From Camelus dromedarius (lineage: Eukaryota), in NCBI RefSeq assembly GCF_036321535.1, contig NC_087436.1, forward strand, positions 9,486,001 through 9,550,000: 64,000 bases of DNA, in the 5' to 3' direction. A program made the position numbers and the translations under genes. Of the stretch, positions 10,993 through 24,491 are shown piece after piece (position 1 is the first letter of the stretch; each line of letters opens with the position of its first letter). Under the pieces are notes generated by a model. It was not told the origin of the DNA. It made no database searches and saw only the letters and a list, made by a program, of their open reading frames with translations.

Positions 10993-13900
10993 ACAGCAGT
11001 AAGTACCTACATAGCAATAATTAATTTAAATCTAAATGGACTAAATGTGTCAATCAAAAGACACAGAGCTCCTGAATGGATAAACAGTCCTATCAATATG
11101 TTGCCTACAAGAGACTCATTTCAGAAGAAAAGACACACACAGACTGAAAGTGAAGGATGGATTAAGATCTTCCAAACAAATGGAAATAAAAAGAAAGCTG
11201 GAGTACCTATACTCATATCAGAAAAAAAAGACTCAACACAAAGACTAAAATACAAGACAAAAGGGTATTACAATATGATAAAGGGTCAATCCAGCAGGAA
11301 GATATAACATTTATAAATATATATGCACCCAAGATATGTATCAAGATACATAAAGCAAATATTAACAGACTTATTTAGTGAAACTGAAAGCAATACAATA
11401 AGAGTAAGGGAACGTTAATACTCCACTTTCATCAGTGGGTATATCATCCAGACAGTGATCAGTAAGGCGTCAGTGGGTTAAATGATACATTGGATTACAC
11501 TGACTTAATAGATATATGCAGATCATTTTGTTAAACAGTAGCAGAGTATACATTCTTCTCAAGGACACATGGGACATTCTCCAGGAAGATTACGTGTTAG
11601 TTCACAAAACAAATCTCAATAAAATCAAGATTGAAATCATATCAAACATCTTCTCTGATCACAATGTTATGAAGCTAGAATTCAATCACAAGGGAAAAAA
11701 AAACAGAAAAAAACACAAACATGGAGATTAAAAAGGATGCTACTGATAAAACAAGGGGTCGTTAAAGAAATCTAAGGAGAAATTTTAAAAAATTCAGGGA
11801 TAAATGGAAACAGAAATACTACATACCATAACTGATGTAATGCAGCAAAAGCAGTTCTAAGAGGGAAGTTCTTAGCAATGCAGGCCTACCTCAAGAAACA
11901 AACAAACAAAAAATTCCAAATAAACCATTAGTTTTACACATAAAGAAACTAGAAAAAAAAACAAATGAAGCCTGGAATTAGTAGGAAATTAGTAGAAAAA
12001 GGAAATAGTAAAGATCAGAGTGGAAATAAAATTATAAAGACTAAAAAGTATAGAAAAGTTTGATGGAACTAAGAGTTGGTTCTTTAAAAATATAAACAAA
12101 GTCAACGAACATTTAGCTAGACTAACCAAGAAAAAGAGAGAACTCAAATGAAATCAGAAGTGAAAGAGGAGAAGTTACAACTGATACCACAGAAATATAT
12201 AGGATCATAAGAGCTACTAAAACAGTTATACACAAAGTAATTGAACAACCTAGAAGAAATGGATAAATTCCTAGAAACACAATTTTTCAAAACTGAATCA
12301 TGAAGAAATAGAAAATCTAAACAGACCAATTGCTAGTAAGGAACTTGAAACAGTAATCAAAAATTTCCCAAGAAGAAAAACTTCAGGACCAGAAGACTTC
12401 ACTAGTAAATTTTATAAAAACATTCAAAAGAGATTTAATATGTATTTTATCAAACTCTTCAAAAAAAAAAAAAAAAAAAAACCTAAAGAGAAGGAACACT
12501 TCCCAAACACAGTTTATGAAACAAATGTTACCCTATAGAAAACCAGACAAGGAAAATAGGTATTAATATTGCTGATGAGCATAGATGCAAAAATTCTCAA
12601 CAAAGTATTAGCAAACCAAATCCAACAATACATTAAAGAAATCATACACCATGATCAAGTGGTATTTATTCCAAGGATGCAAAGATGATTCAATATCTGC
12701 AAATCAATCAACATGAAATAGCACGTTAACAAAATGAAGGATAAAAATCATATGATTATTTCAATTGATGTGGAAAAACCATCTGACAAGATTCAACATA
12801 CATTTATGGTTAAAAAACTTCAAAAATAGGTATAGAAGGAGTGTATACTTCAGTATAATAAAGGCCATATATGACAATCCCATAGCTACCATCATCCTCA
12901 GTGAAAATCTGAAAGCTTTTTCTCTAAGATCAGGAACAAGACAAGGGTGCCCGCTCTCATCACTTTTATTCCACACTATATTGGAAGTCCTAGCCACAGC
13001 ATTTAGAAAAGAAAAAGAAAAAGGCATCTAAATTGGAAAGGAAAAGGTAAAACTGTTAAAAGAAAAATTAAGAAAATAATCAATTTACAATTGCATCAAA
13101 AAGAATAAAACAGCTAGGAATAAATGTAACCAAGGCAGTTAAATACCTATATACCCAAAATTTTAAGACACTAGGGAACAAAATTGAAGAAGACACAAGT
13201 AAATGAAAATATATTCCATGCTCGTGGATTGAAATAATTCATATTGTTAAAATGTCCACACTACCAAAGAAATGTACAGATTCAATCCAACCTCTATAAA
13301 TATTTCAATGACATATTTCATAGAACTGGAACAAATAGTTCTAAAAATTTTTATGGAGCCACAAAAGATCACAAATAGTCAAAACAATCTTGAGAAAGAA
13401 CAAACCTGCAGTATCACATTCCCTGATTTTAAACTATAGCACAAAGCTATAGTAATCACAAACTGGCTCAAACACAGACACACAAATCAATGGAACAACA
13501 TACACAGCCTAGAAATAAATCCACACCCATGGCCAATTAATTTTTGACACATTAGCAATCATGCAGTGGAAAAATGGGACTCTCTTTGGTAAATGGTGTT
13601 GAGAAAACTAGGCAGCACCATGCAAATGAATGAAACTAGACAGCTATCTTAATACCATATACCAAAATTAACTCTGAAAGAAATGAAGTCTTAAATGTAA
13701 GATCGGAGACCAAAAAATTCCCAGGAGAAAACACAGATGTTAACTTCACTGACATCTACCTTAATGATGCTTTTGTGGATCTGACTCCAAAAGCAACAGC
13801 AAAAATAAACAAATGGGACTCATCACACTAAAAAGCTGCACAGTGAAAGGGACCATCTCAAGACAAAAAGACATCCTACAGACTTGGAGAAGATATTTAC

Positions 13901-14860
13901 AGATCATGCATCCAATAAGGGGTTAATATCTAAAATATATAAAGAACTCATACAACTCAAACATGGGCAAAGGTTCTGAATAGTCATTTTCCCAGAGAAG
14001 ATATACAGATAGCCAACAGGCACATGAAAGGATGTTCAACATTAGTAGTCATTATGGAAATGCAAATCACAATGAAATATCACCTCACATATGATAGAAT
14101 GGCTATTATGAAAAACACAATAAATAACAGATATTGAAGAGGATGTGGAGAAAAAGGAATCCCCACACAGTTGCTACTGTAAATTGGTGCAGTCTCTATG
14201 GGAAACAGTATGGAGATTGCTCAAAAAATGAAGAATAGAACTATTATATGACCTGGTTATTCTATTTCTGGGTATTTATCTGAAGACTATGAAAGTATAA
14301 ATTTGAAAAAAATATACTAAAGGGAAAAGGGAGGGGAAGGATGAATTTGGAATTTGGGATTAACATATGCACACTACTTTATAGAAAATAAATAAACAAC
14401 AAGGACCCACTTTGTAGCACAGGGAACTATATTCAATATCTTGCAATAAACTATACTGGGAAAGAATCTGAAAAATAATATAAATTTATATATATGTATA
14501 ACTGAATCACTTTGCTGTACATCTGAAACATTGTAAATCAACTACATTTCAGTAAGCAAATGAAAATTAAACACACACACACACACACACACACAAGAAA
14601 ATGAAAAGATATATGCAGTCTATATTCATTGCAGCATTATTTACAATTGCCAGGATACAGAAGCACCATACATGTCCAGTAAGGATGGATGAATAAAAAA
14701 GATGAGGTATATAAACACAATGGAATACTACTCAGCCATAAAAAAGACTGAAAGCCTCCCATTTGGGAGATGAATGTATCTTGAAAGTATTTTGTTATGT
14801 GAAATAAGTCATATAAAGAAGGGCAAATATTATATGATTTTACCCATATGTCAAATCTAA
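10993..14860 (+). pseudogene. L1 ORF2p (endonuclease/reverse transcriptase) remnant
   Basis: Start codon position reads ACA; ORF-track pieces 10912-11307, 11516-11731 and 12765-13031 carry EN/RT motifs; the FADD region is missing near 13057. Confidence 0.9.
14317..14600 (+). mobile_element. Younger L1 3' fragment nested in the older L1, tail partly (CA)n
   Basis: Reverse complement of the 2785/23545 family (tagcacagggaactatattcaatatcttg...tgtaaatcaactac); host L1 resumes at tgaaaagatatatgc. Confidence 0.85.
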
Positions 14861-15364
14861 AAAAAAAAACAAGATAAAACAAAAGCAAATGTATAGATAC
14901 AGATATATTAGTGTTTATCAGAGGAAGAGGGGTTTAGAGGGTGTCATTCTCAACTACAGCTCCTGAAATGAGAACGTTTGGGTGAACATCATAGAAGTAG
15001 TATTAATGGACAGAACATCAAGATAAGGGTAATTCAGTGAAGCAGTTAAGTGTCTAATCTCACACAATATTTTCCAAGGATGTCTAGCTATTTGGGATTA
15101 CTAGTATGTAATACACATTCTAACAAAAATGCTTTGTGAATACAACACTTTGGGAAGTGCTTGGTGATAGAGTGTAAAATATTTTTGTAACATAAACCTT
15201 AGTTTTCTTTGTTTTTTTGCAGAGCACTTCATGAGACTAATTTTGAATGAATCAACCAAATGAAGCAAGTTTTACTTCACTTTAGGAATTTGGGGTCTGG
15301 ATTTATGGATTGAACTATCCTCAATCATTGAATTACACAGCGTATTACACACACAAATAGCACG

Positions 15365-15560
15365 TTATTGCGGAAAGAGCCGCGTGATAAACTAGGCATG
15401 AGTTCAAATCTTTTACTCCGTTTACTAGTTACATGACCTTGAGTTGCTTAATTAAACTTTATAATTTTAGTGTTCTCACTGGTTAAAAAAATAATAATAC
15501 TATCCACCTGAAATAGCTGATGTAACTTTTAAATCAGACAATGCATTCAGTGACTAAGAA
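15365..15560 (+). mobile_element. MIR SINE
   Basis: gagttcaaatc...ttactagttacatgaccttgag...aaaataataatac. Confidence 0.65.
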
Positions 15561-16537
15561 TACTTTTTTGCTAAATTATACATTAAAAGGTTCATCACAG
15601 CTCTCATTTAGCATACCTTTTTATGTTCATGACTCTTTAATAAACATATATTTAAACATATTTAGATAAACATATAAAAAGGCATTTCTGAAATAATGTG
15701 GGTGTTTCTTTTCTTGTTATGCTTTGCAGTGAATTTAACTTTCAGGGGACACAGGGAATCCCATGATTGTTTTGCAAACGTCAGAAAATACATGCACCTA
15801 TGTACACACAGAATGCTTTTATGGTTTAAGGATTACATGTAAATCAGAGTGGAAATTTCCAGCTCTTGGATGCACATCCTACACCACCGTTCTCAGTCTT
15901 TTTGTGTCCAGGTTTGATGAGGGATGTAAAAAGTCTCAACAATATTTTTTGGCTTCTGATCCTATTCAGAAGAGCATACATTTGAATGCATGTGGTTAGG
16001 TGAAGGAGGATTAAGTGGTAGCAATGTGAATGTAGTTTAAAAATACTTTATATCTGATTCTGATAAGCTTTCTAAGTATATTTAAAGGTTATAGAATTAT
16101 AGAGCCATGGGTTTGCAAATCCATTCTAAATTAATCGTCATAGGCTTTTGAATACTCAAAAGTTAAGACTTGCCTTTGTGTCAAATATAATTAGACTTAT
16201 ATTGAATCAGTAAGTAACGGTTTATAAAGAAAAAACAGCCACTTAGGCAAGTCTCTGAGTTAGAAAAAGGTTCACATGGAGTGATCTTGGCAAAAAATGA
16301 TTCAATATATGAAAGTATAAAGCACAAAACTTTTTAAAATGACTTTTCATGTTTAGTTTAGAGAGAAAGAATGAGAAGGCACTGGTCAATAAGGAGAAAA
16401 GTCTAAAGGGAAAATGAGAAGCCATTTAGAGATATTGTGAAGGAAAAATATAATGGCTTGGAGCCATTTGGGGTAAAAATGAAGTTAGCCTTTAAAAACC
16501 AGAAAGGACTCAAGAAATTGAGAGCTTAAAAGGAATT

Positions 16538-16592
16538 TGTGTGTGTATATGTGTGTGTGTGTGTTGTGTGCGTGTGTGTGTGTGTGTGTGTG
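16538..16592. repeat. (TG)n microsatellite, interrupted
   Basis: Read directly. Confidence 0.95.
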
Positions 16593-17139
16593 AAATGACT
16601 ATAGCTGCTCATAATTACATCATTCCAGTCACAGAATTAACTGCAGATTCCCACAAATGGTTCTTCACAAGAGTCAACTTTTCCTAATAGTATATTCATA
16701 GTTATGAATATATGAATAGTATATTCATAGTTTCACTGAATTTTGAACTCTAAAAGCAGGGATATGTCACTTAAGAGTTGCTTTAGGACATTTATTTAGT
16801 TTACTGGGGAGCCGGTCCATAGAGAAGATTCATTTATAATGAATTCAAACCCTAGCTAAGAAATAAAATGCATAACCTCTGGAGGAAGATAATGATTAGA
16901 AAGAAAACGTTCCCCTTTTGATTCCCCTAAAGCCAATTGATTAATTCCAGATTTCGAGGCCCAGATCAAATGTACCTTCTCTATAAAATTTCTTTAATTT
17001 CTAGAATGGAATTATTTATTTCCTCCTGTTTTAACATTATTTTCATCTATTTAAATCATTCGTTCAGGAGATATTATCAACAGCTACGTGGCACACATTT
17101 TATTGTGTTGGAGATATTTTAAAAAATGCTTTAAGAAAA

Positions 17140-17375
17140 CCCAAATTCTAACAGTGAGAGAAGACAGATATGTAGAATTTATAGGTCATGTTCTCTCCAA
17201 AAAAAGAGAAATAGTGACTAGAAGCCTAACTACATAGTGTACCTTTGGGGCTGGTAGCGATGAGGTGTGTGAAGAAAGGCTTGCGAAGAGATTTCCAGAG
17301 AAGAGCTGGTGTCTGCAATGAGCCCTGAATTCAGAAAGAAAGGGAGTGACTAGGTAGGTGAAGTGAAAAGAGCCT
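17140..17375 (-). mobile_element. L2 fragment
   Basis: ctaacagtgagagaagacagata...ttccagagaagagctggtgtctgcaatgagccctgaa. Confidence 0.45.
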
Positions 17376-17649
17376 ATGTACATTTAACATAGTGTGTTAC
17401 AAATATTTCTTAATGCTTCCACCCTCACATACCCTTGACCTGGGGGCAAGGATAGGTGTCACAAATTATTTCTTTATTCTGCTAACACCTCGAAAAGAAC
17501 CTGGGTTTGAGATGTCACTCAACAAATTACTGCTAAGTTATGCATACACAAGAAGCAGAAGAGTCCACAGTGACCCTGATGCTAGAGCTAATTTGGACTA
17601 TAGTAAGGTCAAGGACAAAGGTGGAAGTACTTGAACAGAATCTTCTTGA

Positions 17650-19800
17650 AAATGGGATTCAGGCAAGAAAGCAGGAGCAGTGATACAGTTTTTGAAATTG
17701 TCTAAATCCTCCAAAAAAATCAAACAGAACAACCTGGACAAACAAGCCAGAACAAACAATAACTCATGGAAAATGCATACAAACGTATTAGGAGGAAAAA
17801 TAGTCTCATGTAACACAAAATATGATTGGAAGGAAATGAACCATCAACAACTACAAAAACTTTGTGAAATCACTGTTTGTACACGAGGAAACAGCAGGAA
17901 GCGCTGGGCCATCTGAGAGACCTCATTTTTCAGGATAACTACCAGTCACTCAAAAACTCTTGTTAGTTGATTTGAAAACTGTAAGGGGTTAACACATTCC
18001 AACAGCAGGTAGGGACAGAGGGCTCTGATGGGGTTTAAAGGAGATTCAAGCACTTTGTGCCTCCTAACTCTCCGAGCCAACTAGCCACAGCCCACTTCCA
18101 GGAAAAAGCTCCATTCTTAGGAAAAACTGCTAAAAATAGATTCCAAGTGTCACACAGTGGGACAGCAGAGACAGGAAAAAGAAGATCTGGATAAAATGGG
18201 GAAGGGAACAGAGCCAGGAAGTCTCAAAAAAAAAAAAAAAGCCACATATATTAAAAACTTTACAGAAGAGGAAACTCTAGAGTTACGAAATTAGACAAAA
18301 ATCGTATCATGTCTTCTGTCTAAAAGTTCAGGGAAGTAATTTTGCATACAAATGAAAAACAGAAAAGTGATGAAATTGAATCCCATGGAATATTCCTATT
18401 AAAAATTAAGACAAAAGTGTAAACTAGAGATAACATAAAAACAAATACACACAGATTATGCATTAAAAAGTTGAAAAAATGAGGCTGGCAGGGTATAGCT
18501 CAGTGGTAGAGCATGTGCTTAGCATGCACGAGGTCCTGGGTTCAATCCCCAGTACCTCCATTAAAATAAACAAATAAATACCTAATTACTTCACACACCT
18601 CCAAAAAAAAGAGAAACAAAAAATAAATATAATTTAAAAAAATTTTAAGTGGAAGAAAAAGGATGAAACATTTAGTATACAATAAGGAACTGAAGAAGTA
18701 AATTAGCTGAAAATGAAAATTATTGAAGACAAGCAAAGCATATATCCAAATTCCATCCATACATTAGGAATACCAGAGCAAGGGGGGAAAGCAAGTAACC
18801 AGATCAGAACTAAAAGTTTCAAAAATTTGTGAAAGCAGAATAAAAGAAGATTGGAAACCCCATTCTAAAGAAGGAAGCACATACCTGGAAAAATCTACCC
18901 ATAATGCCTAACATTAAGAAATATTCTAGTAAATTTTGGAAAGGAATAGAGAAGAAAAATCCTTCCAGCAAAGAGGTGAACAAAGAAGTGAGTTGGAAGG
19001 GTGAGAAAATCCAGCAGAAGAACAAAGTAAGCTGAGGAACATCTTTATGATACTTACAAAAAAGACAATCAGTCAAAGGTTTTATTTCCACCTAAACTGC
19101 TTTTCAAGTATAAACAGTGCAGATAAACTGTCTTCAACATGCACATTTTCAGGGAATGTATTTCCCAGAAATCTTTCAGGGAATGAGCACTTGATAATTA
19201 CAATGATTAAAGAATTATTGACATAAAGTTGTTAATATTAGATACATATTCACGTGTAGAATAAAATAAATTAGGAACAAAAAAAGGAGAGATTATATAA
19301 TGGCTTTAGCTATACTTAAATTTAAAATAAGATAAATACAATTTAAAAACATTTAATAATATGTGCAGTAATCAAATGGATGAGTTTGTGTTGCCATTCT
19401 GTGTAATGTGTAATGTAGAAAAAAGCAAAAAATAATTATATAATATTTTTGTAATATCTCCCCCTGGTCCTTAAGAAGTCTTATTTTTTTTTTTTTTGGG
19501 TGGGAGAAAAGGAATAAAAGTTATGAATGGAAGAGTTATGTAAATACTACGGAGTCTAGAATTTAAATTGGGAATAGCTATTTGAACTCACAATGTATTT
19601 TATCTCAAAAAAAGAATGTATTTTATATTTAAAAAAAAGCCTTCCCAGCTCTGTCCGCATAAAAGATTTAGGAACATACCCAGTGATTGTCTCCGTCAGC
19701 CGGATTGAAGTGGCATTTCCTAGTAAAATGAAACAAGCCTTTTTAGAGAAATGACTGATTTCAAGTCTGGAATAGAAAATGAACCAAAGAAGCACAGAAA
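17650..19800 (+). mobile_element. Ancient L1M/HAL1-like 5' region and ORF1 remnant plus L1MC-like piece
   Basis: ttttatttccacctaaactgcttttcaagtataaa (ILYPAKLSFKY-like) at ~19080; ttttagagaaatgactgatttcaagtctgg (L1MC4-like) at ~19740. Confidence 0.55.
18487..18640 (+). mobile_element. tRNA(Ala)-like SINE, camelid vic-1 type
   Basis: ggcagggtatagctcagtggtagagcatgtgcttagcatgcacgaggtcctgggttcaatccccagtacctcca; A box TAGCTCAGTGG 18496-18506, B box GGTTCAATCCC 18539-18549, then aaataaatacctaattac and an A-rich tail. Confidence 0.85.
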
Positions 19801-20039
19801 ACCTTATTTTAAATTGTACACTAGTTTTTTTAGTGTAAGCAACGTTTATTCTAAGAAGAGTAATTCACTGAGAGAGAAAATCGTTTTAAAATTTACATAT
19901 ATGTACTGTTTATTGTTTCTAAGAGCAGTTTAGAGCTTTAGCTTTTTAAACTTACGTAGTTACCAAAGGAATAACGCCAACCACAAAATAAGAGTCAACA
20001 CAATGCAGTAATCCTATTTTTTTTAAGGTTTTCTTTTTT

Positions 20040-20545
20040 TGGTGTATGTATCTATTTGAACACATACACATATTTGTGTAACCACCTCCACAGTCGGGAT
20101 ACAGAACATACCCATCATCCTCCTAAACCTCTTTCAGGTGATCTCTTTTCAGTCACATGCACCCCATCTGTAACTTGGCATCAACTGACCTGCTCTCAAT
20201 CACTATATTTTGTCTTTTCAAGAAATGTCCTATAAATGGACTTATATAATACGTAACCTGTTAAGACTGGCTTTTTCATTCAGTGTTATACCTTTAAAAT
20301 TCTTCCAAGTCATTGTATGTATCAATAGTTTGTTTCATTTTCCTCATTGATTATTATCCCATTAAATAGAGTTACCAGGCATTGTTTATTCCCTCACTGA
20401 TGAAGATCACTTAGTTGTTTCTAGTTTGGGGCTATTATTAATAAAGTTTCTATAAATGATCATAGGCAGGTTTTTGTATGAAGGAAATGTCTCCTTTCTC
20501 TCGGGTAAGTGGCCAGGAGTGGGATTGGCAGTTTATGTGATAAAA
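20040..20545 (-). mobile_element. Ancient L1 (L1MC/MD/ME-like) 3' end
   Basis: tgtgtaaccacctccacagtcgggatacagaacat...tgtatcaatagtttgtt...caggtttttgtatgaa. Confidence 0.8.
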
Positions 20546-20557
20546 TGGGATGTGATC

Positions 20558-21146
20558 TGTTTTTACAGGATTTTAAGATGAGCCCAAGGTTTCCCTTTCG
20601 TGTACACACTGTGGATAATCCCCTCTTTTGGGGTGTGAGCAGGACTTGTGGAGACGATGGATTATAACTCCCATGGTACCTTACGTGGCCAAGGGATTTT
20701 GCCAATGTAATTAACATGCCTAATCACTAGATTCTGAGCCACCACAGGGAGATTATCCTGGGTAAATTTGACCTAATCAGGTCCGATCTTCATTATTGTC
20801 AGAAAGATGAGGAAGGCAGGGGAAGGGAGGATTCTCTTCTTGGACTTGAAGGTTGGAGGAACAAATTCCCTTGTTTCGGCAGGGTCACATGGCAGGGACT
20901 GACAGGGGTCTGTGAGGAGCTGAAGACCCCAATCTTACAACCTCTGGCTGGAAAGGACTCCGAATCTCAGATGACATAACACTCTTAGGTGGCACGTTGA
21001 TTTTACCCTTGTGAGACTCTGAGCAATGAACCCCACTGTGCAGTAACTGGAATTCTGACCTACAGAAACTGTAGCATAACAAATGGCTGTCGTTTTGAGC
21101 CACTAGGTTTGGGATGACTGCTACAGAACAGAAGGAAACTAGTACA
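20558..21146 (+). mobile_element. MLT1E-like MaLR LTR
   Basis: gggattttgccaatgtaattaa, gagattatcctgggt...tgacctaatcagg, ttctgacctacagaaactgt, terminal aaactagtaca. Confidence 0.85.
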
Positions 21147-21179
21147 CACTTCTGTTTCCTGGGAGAAATTATGAAAATT

Positions 21180-21639
21180 TATGGTATTTCTTTACATCTT
21201 TGCTAATATTTATAGAAACACTTGTGGACCTGGAGATTTGTTTTTGAAAAATAATTAATTAAAATTCAATTTCTTTAATAGTTACATGGCTACGGGCTAT
21301 TTAACCTTTGGTGGGTTTTTAGATTGTCCTTTTAGTGTAATTAGCCCTTTTCATCAAAATGTTTGAATTTATGTTTCCTTTTATTATGCTTTAAATTTCT
21401 AGGGGGCATGATGTATGTATACCCTGTTTTATTCCTGATATTGACAATTGGTACCTTATAGACAGAATATAGTTGGGGTGTATTTAATCTAGTACAACAA
21501 TCTCTATTATTATCTGTGTGTTTAATCATTTATATTTAATGTTATTTATACATTTGAATTTTGGACCTTATTTGTTTTCTGTTTTTTTCCTCTGCTTTTA
21601 GTTACTGTGTTTTCCGTTCCATGTCTTCTTTGGGTCCTC

Positions 21640-21678
<39 letters not shown>

Positions 21679-21685
21679 GTGTGTT

Positions 21686-21718
<33 letters not shown>

Positions 21719-23520
21719 GTCTCACCCACACATACTGGTTGCTTTATTGACTGCAAAATGCACCCTTAACCACTTCAGCTGTATTGCAGAAACTCTATCA
21801 AACACAAATATCCCTTTATTTTTTCTCTTTATGCTGCAGCTGCCGTATCTGTCAAATCTGCATGCAACAAAAACACCATCAGACAGTGTTACATGCTTGG
21901 CTATCTACCCTCAGACAGGTTTTAAAGAACTCAAGATTAGAAAAGGCTATGATATTTATGTAGGTATTTGCAATTTCTATCAGTCTTTATTCATTCCTGA
22001 CCTTCCAAACTGTCTGACTTCCCTTCTGTTGAAAGCTTAGCTTGCTTTCATCTGCAAGTGTCTCTATGTCACTCTCATTCTTGATGGATATTTTCCCTAG
22101 ATATAGAATTCTGGGGTTGATAGCAATTTTCTTGTAAGACTTTGAAAAAAAAAAAAATTTGCCACTTTTTCTGACCTCCATAGTCTCTGATGAGAAGTCT
22201 GCAGTTATTTGAGTTTTTATACCCCTAGGAGCAATGTATCATTTTTTTCTAGATACTTTAAAGATTTTTTTCTCTGTTTTGAGTAATTGTGAACAATGCA
22301 TCTGAGCATGGATTTCTTTGGATCTATCCTATTTGGGATTTACTCAGCTTCTTGATTCTTTTGGCTTATGTCTTTTGACAAACTTGGGAAGTTTTCAACC
22401 AATATGATTCCAAATATTTTCATATCAGTTATTGTGATTTTCAGTTCTAAAATTTCCTTTTGATTCTTCTTAATTTTGGTTTTTGCTAATACTTTATATT
22501 TTAATATTTTCTTCAACAACGTTTCAATTTTCATCATACCTGCAGTAAAATCCTTGTCACATAATTCAATGTTTACATCATCTCATCTTTGGTGGCTTTG
22601 GATTTAATTTTTCATGTGGGTTGAGGTTTTCATGGTTCTTCTATGCTGAGTAATTTTAGTTTGTATTCTGCATATTTTTCATATTGCATTAGGTTTGGAC
22701 TCCTGTTTATATCCCAGGAAGAATGTTGATCATTTCGTTTTAGTGATCTGTGGGCTATGGACCCAATGTCAATTCCGTTTTCAAATAGTTTGCCAAGCTA
22801 TTTGAGTTTGTTTCATATTTCTGCCACCCAGTACTGCTCATTCTGGGACCAAGCAGGACTCTACCCATTAGTTGAGTTTTCAAAGCCTTTGTTGGATAAT
22901 TAAGAGTATACCCAGGTATGTACAATTTAGTAGTAAGTCCAGGAGTTTTGAAACACCTTAATAGATCATTTTCTCAAGCTTCACCTTCCCATGGCCTCTC
23001 CAACATTTGCAGTTCCGTAAGTTCCCCTTCATGGTCCTCTAGGCAAACATTACCCACTTCTAAAGAACAATGGGGTAAAAAACAACTAAAACAATGGATT
23101 TTGACCCTTCCTTTTGGAGAGAAATGTTCCCTGATCTCATAATTTTGAGACTGTAAGTCTCCCTTTCTGGCTGCCAACATCTAGTTAGAGTATGAAATGA
23201 CAGAAGAAAGAGAGACAATAAAAAAGGAATTCCTCCAGTCTTTTAAGCTTTAGGAGTTCCTTTCCCACGTAATAAACTACAGAATTAGAAGGTTTCTCCT
23301 AGGTCTTTCTCTGTTTTCATCACACACATTTGTCACACCTGGGTTTCAGATGATATTGTGGTTCAGTTAAAGCTTGGGGATGTAATCAGAAAAGGTAAAC
23401 TCACCAGTAGTTTGGTGACACTCTGAATTCTGGTCTTCTTTTGCCAATCCGGCTACTGATACTTTCCTTCCTGAGTTTTCAAATGCTGCCCATAGATTCT
23501 GCCTATGTCTTATAATTCAG
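21180..23520 (-). mobile_element. Ancient L1 5' half (ORF2 pieces, ORF1, 5' region), fragmented
   Basis: Minus ORFs with NPRILYLGKISIKNESDIETLADESKL and NQKEILELKITITDMK are L1 ORF1 motifs. Confidence 0.7.
21640..21720. repeat. (TG)n microsatellite
   Basis: Read directly. Confidence 0.95.
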
Positions 23521-23544
23521 TTCAGTGGGAGATAAACAGGTATA

Positions 23545-23609
23545 CTTTTTTTTTTGCCTGAAGTATAATCAATTTACAGTGTTGTGTTAATTTCTGATAT
23601 ACAGCATAA

Positions 23610-23651
<42 letters not shown>

Positions 23652-24491
23652 TCATATTCTTTTTCATTAGAGGCCATTACAAGATATGGAATATAGCTCC
23701 CTGTGCTATATAGTAGGACCTCATTATTTATCTATTTTATATATACTAGTTAGTATCTACAAATTCAGAACTCTCAATTTATCCCTTCCCACCCAGTAAC
23801 TATCAATTCGTTTTCTATGTCTGCGAGTCTGTCTCTGTTTTTATAAATAAGTTCATTTGTGTCCCTTTTTTTTCTTTAGATTCCACATGTAAGTGATAAC
23901 ATATGTTATTTTTCTATTTCTAGTTTACTTCAATTAGCAAGAAAATCTCCATCTCCATCCATGTTGCTGCAAATGGCAGATTGCCCTTCTTTTTATGGCT
24001 GAGTTGGTATTCCATTATATATGTATATATAACACATCTTCTTCATCCAGTCATCTGCTGATAGACATTTAGATTACTTCCATGTCTTGGCTAGTGTAAC
24101 TAGTGCTTCTATGAGCATTGGGGTGCATGTGTCTTTTCCAATTAGAGTTTCCTCCAGGTATATGCTCAGGAGAGGAATTGCTGGTACATAGGATAAGTTT
24201 TCAGTTTTTTGAAGAATCTCCACACTGTTTTCCATAGTTGCTGCGCCAAACTACATTCCCAACAACAGTGTAGGAGGGTTCCCTTTTCTCCACACCCTCT
24301 CCAGCATTTATTATTTGTAGACATTTTTATGATATGGCCATTCTGACTGGTGTGATGTAGTATGTCATTGTAGTTTTGATTTGCATTTCTCTGAAAATTA
24401 GTGGTGTTGAGCATCTTTTCACATGCTTACTGGCCATCTGTATGTCTTCTTTGGAGAAATATTTGTTTATGTCTTCTGCCCATTTTGGGAT
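23545..24491 (-). mobile_element. Young 5'-truncated L1 (~950 bp) with internal (TA)n
   Basis: poly-T, 3'UTR, ORF2 C-terminus [39 protein letters not shown]. Confidence 0.95.

Larger units (their letters stand above)
8614..14940 (+). mobile_element. Near full-length degenerate LINE-1 (5'UTR, ORF1, ORF2, partial 3'UTR; no poly-A)
   Basis: 5' end gagatggtggtgtaggaagatcctgaactcacctcc; collinear ORF1, endonuclease (LNLNGLNVSIKRHR) and RT ([38 protein letters not shown]) remnants; many stops and frameshifts. Confidence 0.95.

Noticed and set aside
8614..14940. Active L1 or novel reverse-transcriptase system
   Set aside because: Many stops and frameshifts, lost ORF2 start, deleted catalytic motif; ordinary dead LINE-1
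18487..18560. tRNA gene
   Set aside because: Followed by a SINE body and A-rich tail, with no oligo-T terminator; called as a SINE
21546..22040. CVCV/HTHT ORFs
   Set aside because: Translation of (TG)n inside decayed L1
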